In this document: piece by piece, positions 32,696 to 46,037 of the stretch | Position numbering within the stretch: position 1 is the stretch's first letter | How the letters are laid out: each line of letters opens with the position of its first letter | Origin: the human T2T-CHM13v2.0 reference genome, Homo sapiens | Assembly (NCBI RefSeq): GCF_009914755.1 | Contig: NC_060942.1 | Strand: one strand, 5' to 3' | Length of the DNA stretch: 64,000 nucleotides | The notes under the pieces: generated by a model | Database searches by the model: none | Seen by the model: only the letters and a program-made list of their open reading frames with translations | What the model was told of the DNA's origin: nothing | Made by a program: the position numbers and the translations under genes

Positions 32696-34546
32696 TGGAA
32701 TATTTTCGTTTTTAAAAGAGGGCTTCAAAATGATTAGTCTACCCGGGGATTCACCAGTCCGTCCCTCCATCAACCTCCCCGACTGGGGCGGAAAGTGTAT
32801 GGGGCTTCTGGGCAGCGCTAGACCACAGCGGGTAGGCCACCATCTGGTCCAGAATGCAGCATAAATCTCTCCAAAAATGTGTTTAGGACTTCTGGGTATG
32901 TTTTCCAGTGCAAATGTAAAGTGGAAAAGTGTCTCAAGTGCAATAGCGGTCCTTTACCCAGTAAAAAGCATAACAAAAGTTTCAGGGTTTAAGAACCCAC
33001 GTGGGAGCTGATGGAGTGGGTAGGTGGTTAATCTTCCCAAGTTTTAAAAACCACTGGTCTTAATGACCAGCAGAGAAGATTCACTTCTGGCTAAAATGAT
33101 AACTGAGCCCCAGATAACTTTTAGCCATGTGAAATTCTTTCCTTTCTAGGGAGTCTCCTCAATCAGAGCCAGCTAAGGAATGTGTGTATTTCCTAGAATG
33201 TAAATGAGGGAAGAGAAACTGAGATGGAGACAGAAGGAAAGCAAGCCACTGCATTTTGAAATTCTCTAGGTAGACAGTTGTATCGTGTCTTTTGTTTCTT
33301 TTTCCCTGGGGCAGACCACTTTTCACCTGGCCATCAGTCACCTCCCTTCCCGAGGTCTCCCGACGTGGACACCTAACGCCCTTGGAAAGGGAGTGAATTG
33401 GTAGGATATCATCGCTCCGGTTAGTTCCGCGGGAGCTGCCCTTCAGAAAAAAAACTTTCCAGAGCCAAAAGTTACTTTCCAAGCGCCTTGGGGCTTCCCG
33501 GGCGCCTCCCTCGGACGGCAACCCTAGAAGTCAAAGCGATTGCATCGCCAGGTCTGTGGCGGCTGGAAGCGGGGTGACCGCGGTCAGATGGCATTTCGCA
33601 CCCACGCAGGGCTGTGTTATCCTAGCACAGAACCAGCAACTCTCACACGAAGCCTTGTGTAAACACCACGCGGGCCCATTCCTGAACGACTCTTTGATGC
33701 CTCCGCTGCGGTTACTTATCTCATACATAAATCAGGATTCTGCTGACAAATCTCCGTGTTTCCACTAAACAGAAGGCTGCCCTGCAGTCCTTCTCGTGCT
33801 TCTTTCTAAAGTACGATAACATCTGACACTTCCATAAACCGGCCTGCAGAGGACACCGCGCAGGGGGCGACTAACCAGCTGAGGTGTGTCACCCCAAAAC
33901 ACCAGTGGGCACACCCACCCCAAGGCGGGCACGTGGAAGGGACGCGGAACCGAGGGCAACTATTTTCCAGTCGGTGAATCTGATGGAGAAAGATGCCAAA
34001 TGCACTTCCCGAGCCAGCTGAACTCCTCGGGCACCTAATCATTGCCAGATGTGGCGAGGGCGCACGGAGAACATCCCCAGTCCCGGAGAAAACACCCGGC
34101 CGCCAGCGCGGGGACCGCTCGGGCCGGGAAACGGCTAGAGGCGGGAGGAGAGAGGACTGGGCGAGCGTGGGGAGCGCTGCGGCGTGGAAAAGCGACCGGG
34201 AGGGATGGCGATGCCTCCACTCTCCTCGGCAGGTTTTTTCAATTAAAAAGTTGGAAACGGGAATCCGTAAACAACGACTTAGGGCTTCAAACTACTTGCA
34301 AAGACGCGATGGGGAGGGGAATACTTGCGCGCTTCAAAACCCCAACCTCGAGGTCTCCAGCCGCGCCTGACCCGGGAGCCGGGTGCGCCCCCAGTGTCCG
34401 CGCACGAACCCGGCGCCCTGGCAGCCCCGACTCCCCGGGCCCGCAGCCCAAGGGAAGGTTCGCGCGGGAGGCACCTCCGTGGCCTCCCGCGCGCCCCGAA
34501 GCCCGTTCCCCCCGCCCAGAGCCCCGCGGAGCTGCCGCCGCCCTAC

Positions 34547-34553
34547 CTTTCAT
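34547..34553 (-). CDS. COLEC12: COLEC12 coding exon 1 (ATG AAA G; M-K-[D])
   Basis: The minus strand reads GGTCACC ATG AAA G|gtaggg inside the CpG island. Joined to the exon at 14788-14738 it gives MKDDFAEEEEVQSFGYKRFG, the known N-terminus of collectin-12. Confidence 0.96.
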
Positions 34554-34745
34554 GGTGACCGTGGGGACGCACCGCCGGCCGGGGAGCTCCGCGCGAGCGC
34601 CGCGCAGCCGAGGAAGTCGTCCCGAGCGGCTGCTCACCGCACGCCCATGGTAGCCGCGCCGCGCGCCGGCCGTCTGCGCCCCCGTCCTCCCTCGCCGCCG
34701 CCGGCCCGCGCTCCCCGCGCTCCCGGCTCCGCGCTCTGCTGCCTC
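34554..34745 (-). other. COLEC12: COLEC12 5' UTR of exon 1 (upstream boundary approximate)
   Basis: GC-rich sequence directly upstream of the start codon. The TSS cannot be fixed from sequence alone. Confidence 0.7.
34634..34648 (-). promoter_or_regulatory. Upstream ORF (MGVR*) in the COLEC12 5' leader
   Basis: The minus strand reads GGCTACC ATG GGC GTG CGG TGA, with A at -3 and G at +4. It is out of frame with the main ATG and ends 80 nt before it. Confidence 0.7.
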
Positions 34746-35929
34746 GGGGCTGCCGCGCGCGCCGCTCTCGCTCTCCCAGCGCCCCTCCCCCTGGCCCGAC
34801 CCGGCCGAGCGAGCGGCCGCGCCCACGCCCCTCTCGCGCCCTCCCGCGCCCGCCCCGCCCTCGGCCCGCGCCTGCCCTCGCCGGGCACTTTCTCGCCCGC
34901 CCTCTCCTGCGCGCCCTGGCCCCACTCGCGCGGGCTCTCTCTTTTTCCCGTTGCACCAGCGTCGGGATGAAGTCGGGAGCAAAGCCCTTCCCGGGGCGGT
35001 CCAGCGTTCACCTTCGGCGAGCACCTAAGGTGCCGCTGCTGCTGGGGTCGCTTCTACACCCCAAACTACCTAGCAAGTGTTGGGCGAGAGGATGGGGAGC
35101 TGCTGTGCCCCGGGGGTGGCGGGGGGTAAGGTGGGCCCTTCCCCAAACGGCTCTGGGGCATGGAGAGGTACAGAACGTCCTCCGGGTTCAGAGTTTCCAA
35201 GTGCGTGCGCTGGTTGACGCCTGAAGGAGACCAAGCAGCAGGGAACACTCTCTCTGTCACCCAGGGAGAGCCCGAGTGGCCAGAATCCGAAGTCACCATT
35301 AGACACTCTCTCTGCGCTCTTGGACACCTCCAGAGAAAAAGCCAGCACATCCTGCCTTGGCTGGAAAAGCCAGCCTTCCACCCAGCGCCCCTAAAATGAT
35401 CGGGTTGACTCCAGTTTTGTTACGAAAGGAGGCCGGGCTGCTGAGAGGCTCCCTGAGTTCCCTTCGTGGTCGCCCGTCACATTGCCCTGCTGTATACTTA
35501 ATAAAGCCCGTGTTTATCTTTCTCTTTAGAACCCCCTCTAAGCAGACCCATCGCTTTATTGCTTTAAAACATACACTAAGTGGTGAGTGGAGCTGGGGCG
35601 AGGGAGGTGCGGAGAAACTTTCTGCCACATGTTGACATTACAGATGGCTACTCAGACGCACTAGTCCACCAAAAGCAATCGAACACTGGCCGGGCAGTGC
35701 TTGCAGCTTTTCAGTTTGCCCTCCTGAGGACTTGGTAACACGGTGTAACCAATCCATTGGTTCCCTCTAAGTAGGGGATTCTTTGCTCTAGTAAAAGGTA
35801 GTGCCCCAAAATGAATACATATTGAAACATTTCATAGATTCTCCGTTCCAGGAGATTTCTTTTTTCTTTCTTTTTTTTTTTTTTAATTTTTTAACATAAG
35901 GGGGCACCTTGAACATGACGAACAAATGA

Positions 35930-36665
<736 letters not shown>

Positions 36666-36681
36666 GAAAAAAAAAATCGTT

Positions 36682-38058
36682 TTTAAAACCCAAATTATGA
36701 ATATGACACCAAAAGTACAGGCAGCAAAAGAAAAAATATAGATAAATTGTACTTCATCAGACTTTTGTGCCTCAAAGGCCAGTATAAACAGAGTGGAAAG
36801 CCAACCCACAGAATAGGAGAAAATATGTGCAAAAGCCCTATATCTGATACAGGATTAATATCCAGGATATATAAAGGATTCCTGCACCTCAGCAACAACA
36901 ACAAAACAGGCAACCCAATTTGAAAATGAACCAAGGACTGACATGGACATTTCTCCACAGAAGACATATAATGGCCAATAAGTACATGAAGGATATTCAA
37001 TCACTAATTGTCAGGGAAATTTGAATCAACCGCAATGAGCTACTACTTCATACCCAGTAAGATGGCTATTTAAAAAAAAAAACAAAACAGAAAATAAGTG
37101 TTGGCGAGGATGCGGAGAAATTAGAACTTTTGTGCATTGCTGGTGGGAATGTAAAATGGTACAGCCACTATGGAAAACAGTATGGTGATTTCTCCAAAAA
37201 TTAAACACACAATTACCATATAGTCCAGTAATTCTATTTCTGGGACCCAAAAGAGGTGAAAGCAGGGTAACAAATAGATGTACATCCAGGCTCATAGCAA
37301 CATTACTCACAATAGCCAAAAGGTGGAACAACCTAGTGTTCACTGTTGAATGAATGGATAAACAAAATATGGTATAGCCATACAGTGGAATATGATTCAG
37401 TCTTTAAAAGGGAGGAAATTCTAACACATGCTACAACACGGATAAAACTTGAGGCATTATGCTTTGTGAAATAAGCCAGTCACAAAAGGACCAATATGAT
37501 TCTACTTATAAAAGAGAGTAAAATGCCGCCAGACGTGGTGGCTCACGCCTGTAATCCCAGCAGTTTGGGAGGCCAAGGCAGGTCAATCACGAGGTCGGGA
37601 GTTTGAGACCAGCCTCGCCAACATACTGAAACCCCTGTCTCTACTAAATATACGAAAATTAGCCAGGCATGGTGGCTGGCACCTGTAGTCCCACCTACTT
37701 GGGAGGCTGAGGTGGAAGAATCGCTTGAACCCGGAGGCAGAGGTTGCAGTGAGCCGAGATCGCGCCACTGCACTCCAGCCTGGGCGACAGAGTGAGACTC
37801 CATCTCAAAAAAAAAAAAAGAAAAGAGAGAGAGAGAGAGAGTAAAATGCATAGGGATAGAAAGTAGAATGGTGGTTGCCGGGGGGGGGATGGGGAGTTGT
37901 TTCACAGGCACAAAGATTCCATTTGGCAGGATGAAAAGAATTCTGGAGATGGATGGTGGTGATGGTTGCACAACAATGTGAATATACTTAAAGCCACTGA
38001 ACTATACACTGAAAAATAGCTAAGATGATAAATATATATATTTGACTACAATAAAAAA
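36682..38058 (+). mobile_element. L1MB-like 3' fragment (ORF2 end + 3' UTR), interrupted by an Alu
   Basis: atgacaccaaaagtacaggcagc...ggacatttctccacagaagacat...ggtggtgatggttgcacaacaatgtgaatatacttaa. Confidence 0.88.
37527..37825 (+). mobile_element. AluS inside the L1
   Basis: TSD AGAGAGTAAAATGC. Confidence 0.9.
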
Positions 38059-38207
38059 ATTCAAACAGAAGAATGATAAGGTAAAAAACAAACAAGAAAC
38101 CCCTAAGGCTATGATGTCAGCTGTGATAATGAGCCAGATTCATAGATCTACTGATGAGAAAACAGGCTTAGCAACTTTTCTAAGGATAATTTTAAGGAAC
38201 AGTCCTG

Positions 38208-38478
38208 GGACCAGGTGCGGTGGCTCATCCCGGGGCTTTGGGAAGCCAGGGAAGGAAGGTCACTTGAGGCCATGAATTCAAGACCAGCCTGGGCAACATA
38301 GTGAGACAAAAAATTTAAAAATCAGCTGGGTGTGGTGGCATGCATCTGTAGTCCCAGCTACTCATCAGGCTGAGGCAGGAGGATTGCTTAGGCCCAAGAG
38401 TTTGAGGCTGCAGTGAGCTAGGATCATGCCACTGTACTCCAGCCTGGGCAACAGAGTGAAACCCATCTCTAAAAAAAG
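38208..38478 (+). mobile_element. AluJ with small internal deletions
   Basis: Recognisable dimer. Confidence 0.85.
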
Positions 38479-38929
38479 AAGGAATCCTGGATGAGTGCCT
38501 TCCTCCCCCCACCCTGTCACCTTCAGCACAGAGTGAGTTGGGCCCCACAGGTCCTCAGTGTGGAGCCTCCTCTGAGCCCCACTCTGGAGGATATGAAGAC
38601 GGAAGGTCATGGTCACATGCAGATCATCAGCTGATCAGGATTGCTCTGGTCAAGAGCTCTGGGAGGAATTGAGAATTGAGCTGGGGATCAGGGAGAAAAG
38701 AAGGGAAAAGGAAAGAAGAGAAGAATGTGATTGGAAAGGACTGAGCCATGGAGCTGAAGATGCTTTGAACTCAAAGATGGCCTGCAGGTCCTCCAGGTCA
38801 CAGGCAAGCTTCCCCACCCCCAGAAGCAGCAGCCAGGCCTTGCATTCAGACTAAAGTTTCAGAATCTGGAGGAAGCATCATCTCATCTTCCCCTCACCCC
38901 AGCCCCATGCTAGTATCACCTTTATACTG

Positions 38930-39650
38930 ATGAAAAAGCCCAATCACCCTTGACTCCTCCCTCTCCCTCAACTCTACATCCTCACCAAGCCCTGCTTCTA
39001 CCTTAGAAATACATCTCAAACTTCTCTGTCTCTCCATCTCCACTGCATCCCCCACGTAGAGGCCATCATAGCCCATCTGAGCTGCTGCACTAACCTTCCA
39101 AAGGGCCTCCCCACGCCCACCTTGGCACCTTCTCCACTCCAGGCTCCAACACACAGCAGCCAGAGCAGCCACGAAGGACAGATGAGAGATGGGAAACAAA
39201 CAAGCTGAACGCTGTAGTTTCTCCAGCTTTCTGCCTTGAGAGAGTTTCCAGCCTGTGATAAAAGGAACTTGGGCAGAGCCTGATGGGCACCTTGGGTAGA
39301 AGAGAAGCTGAGAGTCCAGGGAGATCAAGGCAAGGCAGAATACTGGAGGAGAGAGAGCCACAGTCCATTTGTGCTGCCTGCTGGGATCACTGCACTTGAT
39401 CTCTGACACTCCCTAAGCTTCCTCTCCAGCTGGCCGCCAGAATATTCCAGCAACGTTCATGGTTACCACTACCTCCTTCCCATTCCTGTCTCTTCCCTCC
39501 TTATGCAGCATCTTTTGCTCCCTGTCAGCCAGGCTATTTAGTGTCTCCCCACACGTCATGGGCTTATTCCCATCTATGAGGCTTTGTGCCTCGTGTTCTG
39601 CCTCTGAAAACATCCTATTTCCTGCACTGTGTCACTACATGTATCCATGT
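38930..39650 (+). mobile_element. L2 fragment(s)
   Basis: ctccatctccactgc...ggccatcat...ctccaacacacagcagccagag. Confidence 0.6.
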
Positions 39651-40559
39651 TATCATGTCAGGTTCCAGTCAGCCTAGCTGTGCTTACTTTAACACTGTGG
39701 GAGGTTTCACAATGACTCAATAATGGCTAATTAAATGCTTTCAAAGGTTTATTGCAAGGCTTTCATACACCAATAACTATGCAAATACATGTAACACACA
39801 TAGGTCATAATAAGAAAGAGGAGGAAGAAACCACGTGAATCCTCTACTGGGAGGACCCAGCAGAGCTTCCACTGCCAGACTAAAGGAGGCTTCAGAGTTC
39901 TCACAGACAGAGCTTCTTCAAGCTTCTTTGCCATGGTTAGTTTCTTTGCAGTTTTATGGCCCTCCCCAGGAGAGTTCATGGTCATTAGCTCAGCCACCTT
40001 TTGGCTTCCCTTTCTTGCTGGGTCTTGGTGGGGTAGTGCCTGGCCACAGCAGGTATTATCTTATCATCACGATCCACCATACGTATGCGTATCACTTTGA
40101 GGGGTTGGCAATTTTACTGTGGGTTGAGTTACTTGTCATAAGTGACTCCATTTTGAGACATTTAGGATCACAATACATTATTATATATCACAGGTCCACT
40201 TTAAAAATACAACTCTCCATTTAGAGACAGATCCCTTCATTCAACAAGCATGACTTATATAATAAGTATATGTGGGCACTGTGCCACATGCTGCAGAGAA
40301 TGCAAAGTCGGATCAGACACAGTCTAGATTACCTATCCAGAAGACCAGTAGCTTAGACAGGGCATTCTAGAAAGGACCTACAGTACAAGATAGAAACTGG
40401 GGAAGGGGTGTTCAGTGTTCTGAGAAAGACACAGATTAAGTGCTAGAGAAGGAAAGAAAATGGGTGATGACTAAGTCAACATGGAAAGTTCCACTGGGAC
40501 TGGCCCTGAAGGATGGTTAGAATTCCAATGATCAAAGGAAATGCTTTCTCTCCCTCCAG

Positions 40560-40690
40560 ACCAGTGGGTTTAGAAATGGAGCCTGGGAACCACCTGTATC
40601 AGAATGACCCGGGGTTATTTTATAAAGTGCAGATCTGTTTTATATCACTCTTCAGATGATTTTCATGCTCACTAAATTTGGAGAATCATC
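40560..40690. mobile_element. MER5-like hAT DNA transposon remnant
   Basis: cagtgg...gtatcagaatgacccgggg...aaagtgcagat...gatgattttcatgctcactaaatttggagaatca. Confidence 0.55.
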
Positions 40691-40845
40691 ACAATAGACT
40701 AAGAGCTTCTTAAGAGAAGGTCCATGTCTTCTTTATCTTAGTAACAATAGCTTCTAACAATTAACATTCAAAGATCGAATACAGGGAAATGAATTAACAA
40801 TGGAGGGAAGTGCCTTAAAAATGCAGAGCAAGAGTAGCAAAATGT

Positions 40846-41112
40846 GGCAAAGCTTAGTGGCTGACATCTGTAATCCCAGGACTTCGGGCCAAGACAGGCA
40901 GATCCCTTGAGCTCAAGAGTTTGAGACTAGCCTGAGCAACATGGTGAAACCCCATCTCTACAAAAAATGCAAAAAATTAGCCAGGCGTAGTGGCGTGCAC
41001 CTGCCTGTAGTCCCAGCTACATGGGAGGCTGAAGAGGGAGGATCAGCTGAGCCCACATGGTCCAAGGCTTCAGTGAGCTGTGATTGCGCCACTGCACTCC
41101 AGCCTGGGCAAC
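40846..41112 (+). mobile_element. Tailless AluJ-like element with TSD
   Basis: 13-bp direct repeat AGTAGCAAAATGT at 40833-40845 and 41113-41125. No poly(A). Confidence 0.85.
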
Positions 41113-41382
41113 AGTAGCAAAATGTATGGGACATCCCTTTGGAAATTTTTTTGTGACTGACTGAAAGGTTCTGTCACAATTTTTAACCACCAATGGATGA
41201 TACACCATTCTCTGAAAGTCAAGCCTTTGAGTATGGCAAGAGAGCAATCTTGTTTTTTGAAAAGGATATTGGCTTCTACAGCTTGGTAATCAGTCACTTG
41301 ATATTCTCTTCCATACTTGAAAAAGAATAAACCTTGTGTGGCAGAGTAGCCATGGTGCTGTTAGTCGCATCCACTAAAATGT

Positions 41383-41423
<41 letters not shown>

Positions 41424-41466
41424 ATGTGTGTGTGTGTATATATATGTATATGTATATGTGTGTATA

Positions 41467-41503
<37 letters not shown>

Positions 41504-41511
41504 GTATATAT
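41383..41511. repeat. Compound (TATATG)n/(TG)n/(TA)n microsatellite
   Basis: Directly visible as ~130 bp of alternating purine-pyrimidine sequence. Confidence 0.93.
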
Positions 41512-42207
41512 CCGGTAAAGAGATTAATGATGTTGAGATGGGTACCAGGTGCAATGTCTACAACCTCTGAGATGTGATTATGCTTGAGAACTGTCTGAAA
41601 AATTTTTTGAAATAAAGAAATGGCTTCTAAGTTTTTAAAAGCTTATGGTTCTTTGGCTACTTCATGTATCTATTTCTTTAGTTTTTAAACTAAAGGTTTT
41701 TGAAAGAGGGCTGTGATTGAGAGCTACTTTCTCTGTTTGTCCTAGGAGCCAGTATTTTATTCCATTTGCTGTGTCCCAGTTCAGAGGAACAGTCTGAAGT
41801 AATTCCTCCAGACTATTCTAAGGCCACTGATGATTCTTAGGACTGGTACTGGAGCCTCTTTTGAAGTTCAGTGGAAAGCCATGAGCCGAGGAAAATGGAA
41901 TATGGCCCTTGAGTCTCAGTTTGGAGACTTGGACAAGTCCTAATATCTCTGGCCACAATTTCCTCATCATGATGTACAAATACTGGAGTCACGACCAGCA
42001 GGTCTGTTCCAACTCCGAAATGTTAGTAATTGTTTTCCTATTAGGCTTCAGCTGTATCACATATGGACATTTCAGGCTATTGACCAATACAAAAAAGGCT
42101 CAATAATATGCAGCTATTTTTATCACAATTAATTAATTAATTTCTATTTTTTAAGGTAGAACAGAAAGCCAATTGAACAAAGGTGAGATAATTTTGTCCA
42201 ATTATTT

Positions 42208-42565
<358 letters not shown>

Positions 42566-43215
42566 TGATGGAATATCTTTAAAGAAACAGTTTTACCAAA
42601 CCTTTTACAAACAAGGTTTTTAGAGCTTGTTTTTGCTGTTACTATATCTTTTGCCGTGACATAGATGAGAAGGGATTTACTCTGGCTTTGTCTTTCATCG
42701 GGTTTTGTCATTCATTTGTTCTGGTGGAGATGAAGCAAGTTGATGTGTATAAAGGCCACAGTCTGGTGATCAGTAGCATCCAACAGTGGGCCCTGTTCCG
42801 CTCTTAGCCTCCTGTCCCACGGAGCACAGGCCTCTCATGGCTCTAGGCTTAACTATTATCACCTGTAAAATGAAAGATTTGGGGCTAATTTCCAAGGTCT
42901 TTCACAGCTCAAAACCTCTAACATGAAAAACATATAAACGCCATTTGAGTACAGAATAAACACATAGAAAATGTGAAATTTGGAAATTTAGAAATATTTA
43001 AGAGAGAGAGAGAGATACTTGGCTGATCACTTTTTAAAATATTGGACTAGCTAATACATCTTTGTTCATATATTCGTGCCAACATTCCCGGTTCCTAGGA
43101 AACATTTGGTAAATATTTGTTAAATGAATGAATATTCATATGCAACTGAAACAGACCCAAAAGACAGAGGGGCTATTTTTTATGTCCTTGAATTCTCACC
43201 TACCTTTAACAAGAG

Positions 43216-43526
43216 ATTTATTATTATTATTATTATTATTATTTTGGAGATGGAGTTTCGCTCTTGTCACCCAGGCTGGAGTACAATGGCGCGATCTCGG
43301 CTCACTGCAACCTCCACCTCCCGGTTCAAGCGATTCTCCTGCCTCAGACTCCCGAGTAGCTGGGATTGCAGGTGTGCACCATCATGCCTGGCTAATTTTT
43401 GTATTATTAGTAGAGACAAGGTTTCACCATGTTGGCCAGGCTGGTCTCGATCTCCTGACCTCATGATCCGCCCACCTCAGCCTCCCAAAGTGCTGGGATT
43501 ACAGGTGTGAGCCACCGTGCCCGGCC
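43216..43526 (-). mobile_element. AluS with (TTA)n tail
   Basis: Antisense dimer. Confidence 0.9.
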
Positions 43527-43859
43527 AAGAGCCTCTTTTTAATAGTAATAACAGTAGACATTTATTGAGTACTTTCTATGTTTTAGACCCTTCATATGGA
43601 TTATCTTATTTATCAGATTCAGAAAATATTTGGGACCTCAGGGAAATTACTTCTTTAAGTATCAATTTCCTCATCTGAGAAATAAGCACAATAATATCTA
43701 TTTTGCAATAACTGGGGTGGGGGATTAGAGATAATGTTTTAAAATGCCTCATACATTGCCTGTAACTTATGAATAGAATAATAATATAAGTAATATGAAT
43801 AGAATAATAGAAGCTCAATAAATTGCACCTATTTTATCATAACTTATTTTTTCTATTTT

Positions 43860-44168
43860 TACTTTTTTAAAATTTACATTTTATTTTTGACACAGGGTCT
43901 TGCTCTGTCACCCAGGCTGGAGTGCAGTGGTTCTATCACAGCTTGCTGCAGCCTCAATCTCCTGGGTTCAAGGGATCCTCCTGCCTAAGCCTCTAAAGTA
44001 GTTAGGACTACAGGGATGTACCAACATGGCTGGCTAATTTAAAATTTCTTTTTTAGTAGAGAAGGAGTCTCACTATGTTGCCCTGGTCTTGAACTCTTGG
44101 TCTCAAATCGTCCTCCCTCAGTCTCCCAAAGTGCTGGGCTTACAGACATAAGCCACCTTGACTGGCCC
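43860..44168 (-). mobile_element. AluJ
   Basis: Antisense, diverged dimer. Confidence 0.88.
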
Positions 44169-45047
44169 TTTTTGTATTTTGTTTTTTAAAGTAAAACGGG
44201 AGAACAACTGAACAAAAGCAAAATAATTTTGTCCAATTTTTTAATATGAAATAACAATTAGGTAGGGAAGAGCCTAGTAAAATTAAACTCTAAATGATGT
44301 GATATCTTTAAAGAAACAGTTTTATTTTTAAGAACAAACAAGTACAAGAATAGTAGATCTCCTAAAGAGAACTGATTTATGGGATAGATTAAAATATTTA
44401 TAATTCACTTGTAAATTGTTACTAAGTATGGTATGCTCAAGATATTTTAACATAATTTGTACTCTAAAGTAATTTAAACATTAACTTTATGAATATTGTT
44501 TATTCTATAATTTGATTAATAATAGTGAAAAGGTAAACTTTTGCTAAACTTTTGTCAAAATTGTCACAAATTCCAAATAAGTGTATCAAGATTGGTGAGG
44601 TTTCACAGTATGGTTTCATTCCTATGTGGTAGTATCTGTTGATATTATAGTCTTTGAAGACTGGCAGAATTTTACTTTACTCTTTATTTCTTGTAAATAA
44701 CTAGCAGTTTTCATTAGAGTTTTTGACTCCTATAAATAACTTACACTACATTTTTTATTCAAGGTCAAGATTCAATACTTCTTTCCATTTTAGTTATCTA
44801 TATCTTTCATTGAGACAATACAATATACTTTGAGTTTAAATTTTTCTTGAATGTGCTTTCTTAGCACATAAGAATATCAATATTCTAAAAGATTAAAAAT
44901 AAAGAGCACTAGAAGTACAGATGATTTATTAAATATGATCTTTTATTTCGCAGACTTTTTACTAAATTTCAAAGGTGTTCATTGTTGATTGTTCCTATGC
45001 TGTAGTGAATTTTCACATCACCTATTAAGTTTATTTGCATTATAAAC

Positions 45048-45328
45048 TTTTTTTTTTTTTGCTCTGTTGCCCGGGCTGGAGTGCAGTGGCGTGATCTCGG
45101 CTCACTGCAATCTCCGCCTCCCATGTTCAAGTGATTCTTCTGCCTCAGCCTCCTGAGTAGCTGGGATTACAGGCACGCACCACCAAGCCCGGCAAATTTT
45201 TGTGTTTTTAGTAGAGACAGGGTTTCACCATGTTGATCAGGCTGGTCTCGAACTCCTGACCGCGAGATCTGCCCGCCTTGGCCTCCCAAAGTGCTGGGAT
45301 TACAGGCATGAGCCATCGCGCCTGGCCT
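45048..45328 (-). mobile_element. AluS whose poly(A) is joined ~13 nt short of the normal 3' end
   Basis: Poly(T) runs directly into gctctgttgccc. TSD-like TTATAAACTTT. Confidence 0.87.
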
Positions 45329-45379
45329 GCTTTATAAACTTTAAAAGTTGTTGTTTTGCAATCACATATAATAAAAATA

Positions 45380-45878
<499 letters not shown>

Positions 45879-46037
45879 TTATATTTAGTATTCCATATAA
45901 TGGAAGCTGCAGCCCAGATGGGTCCCACACCTTTTCTAAAGCCATAATAGCCAAGAATAAGGCTCCATTAAGATTGCTATTGTGTCCAGAACAAGTCCAT
46001 TTCAAATTGAACATGATTTTCTAACAATTGCATTTTT

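Larger units (their letters stand above)
33350..35480. promoter_or_regulatory. CpG island / TATA-less promoter of COLEC12
   Basis: Very high GC and CpG density with a core at ~33850-35300. Several GC boxes (CCGCCC) lie at ~34818-34900. The island surrounds exon 1. Confidence 0.92.

Noticed and set aside
33993-35024. Several 125-245 aa ORFs over the CpG island, including one in frame with the COLEC12 ATG
   Set aside because: They reflect stop-codon depletion in GC-rich DNA and give low-complexity A/R/G/P products. The in-frame ORF has no upstream ATG and runs through the exon 1 donor.
39655-40075. Possible old LTR (TG start, minus-strand AATAAA at ~39748)
   Set aside because: I could not assign a family or find a TSD with confidence, so it is left unannotated pending a Dfam search.
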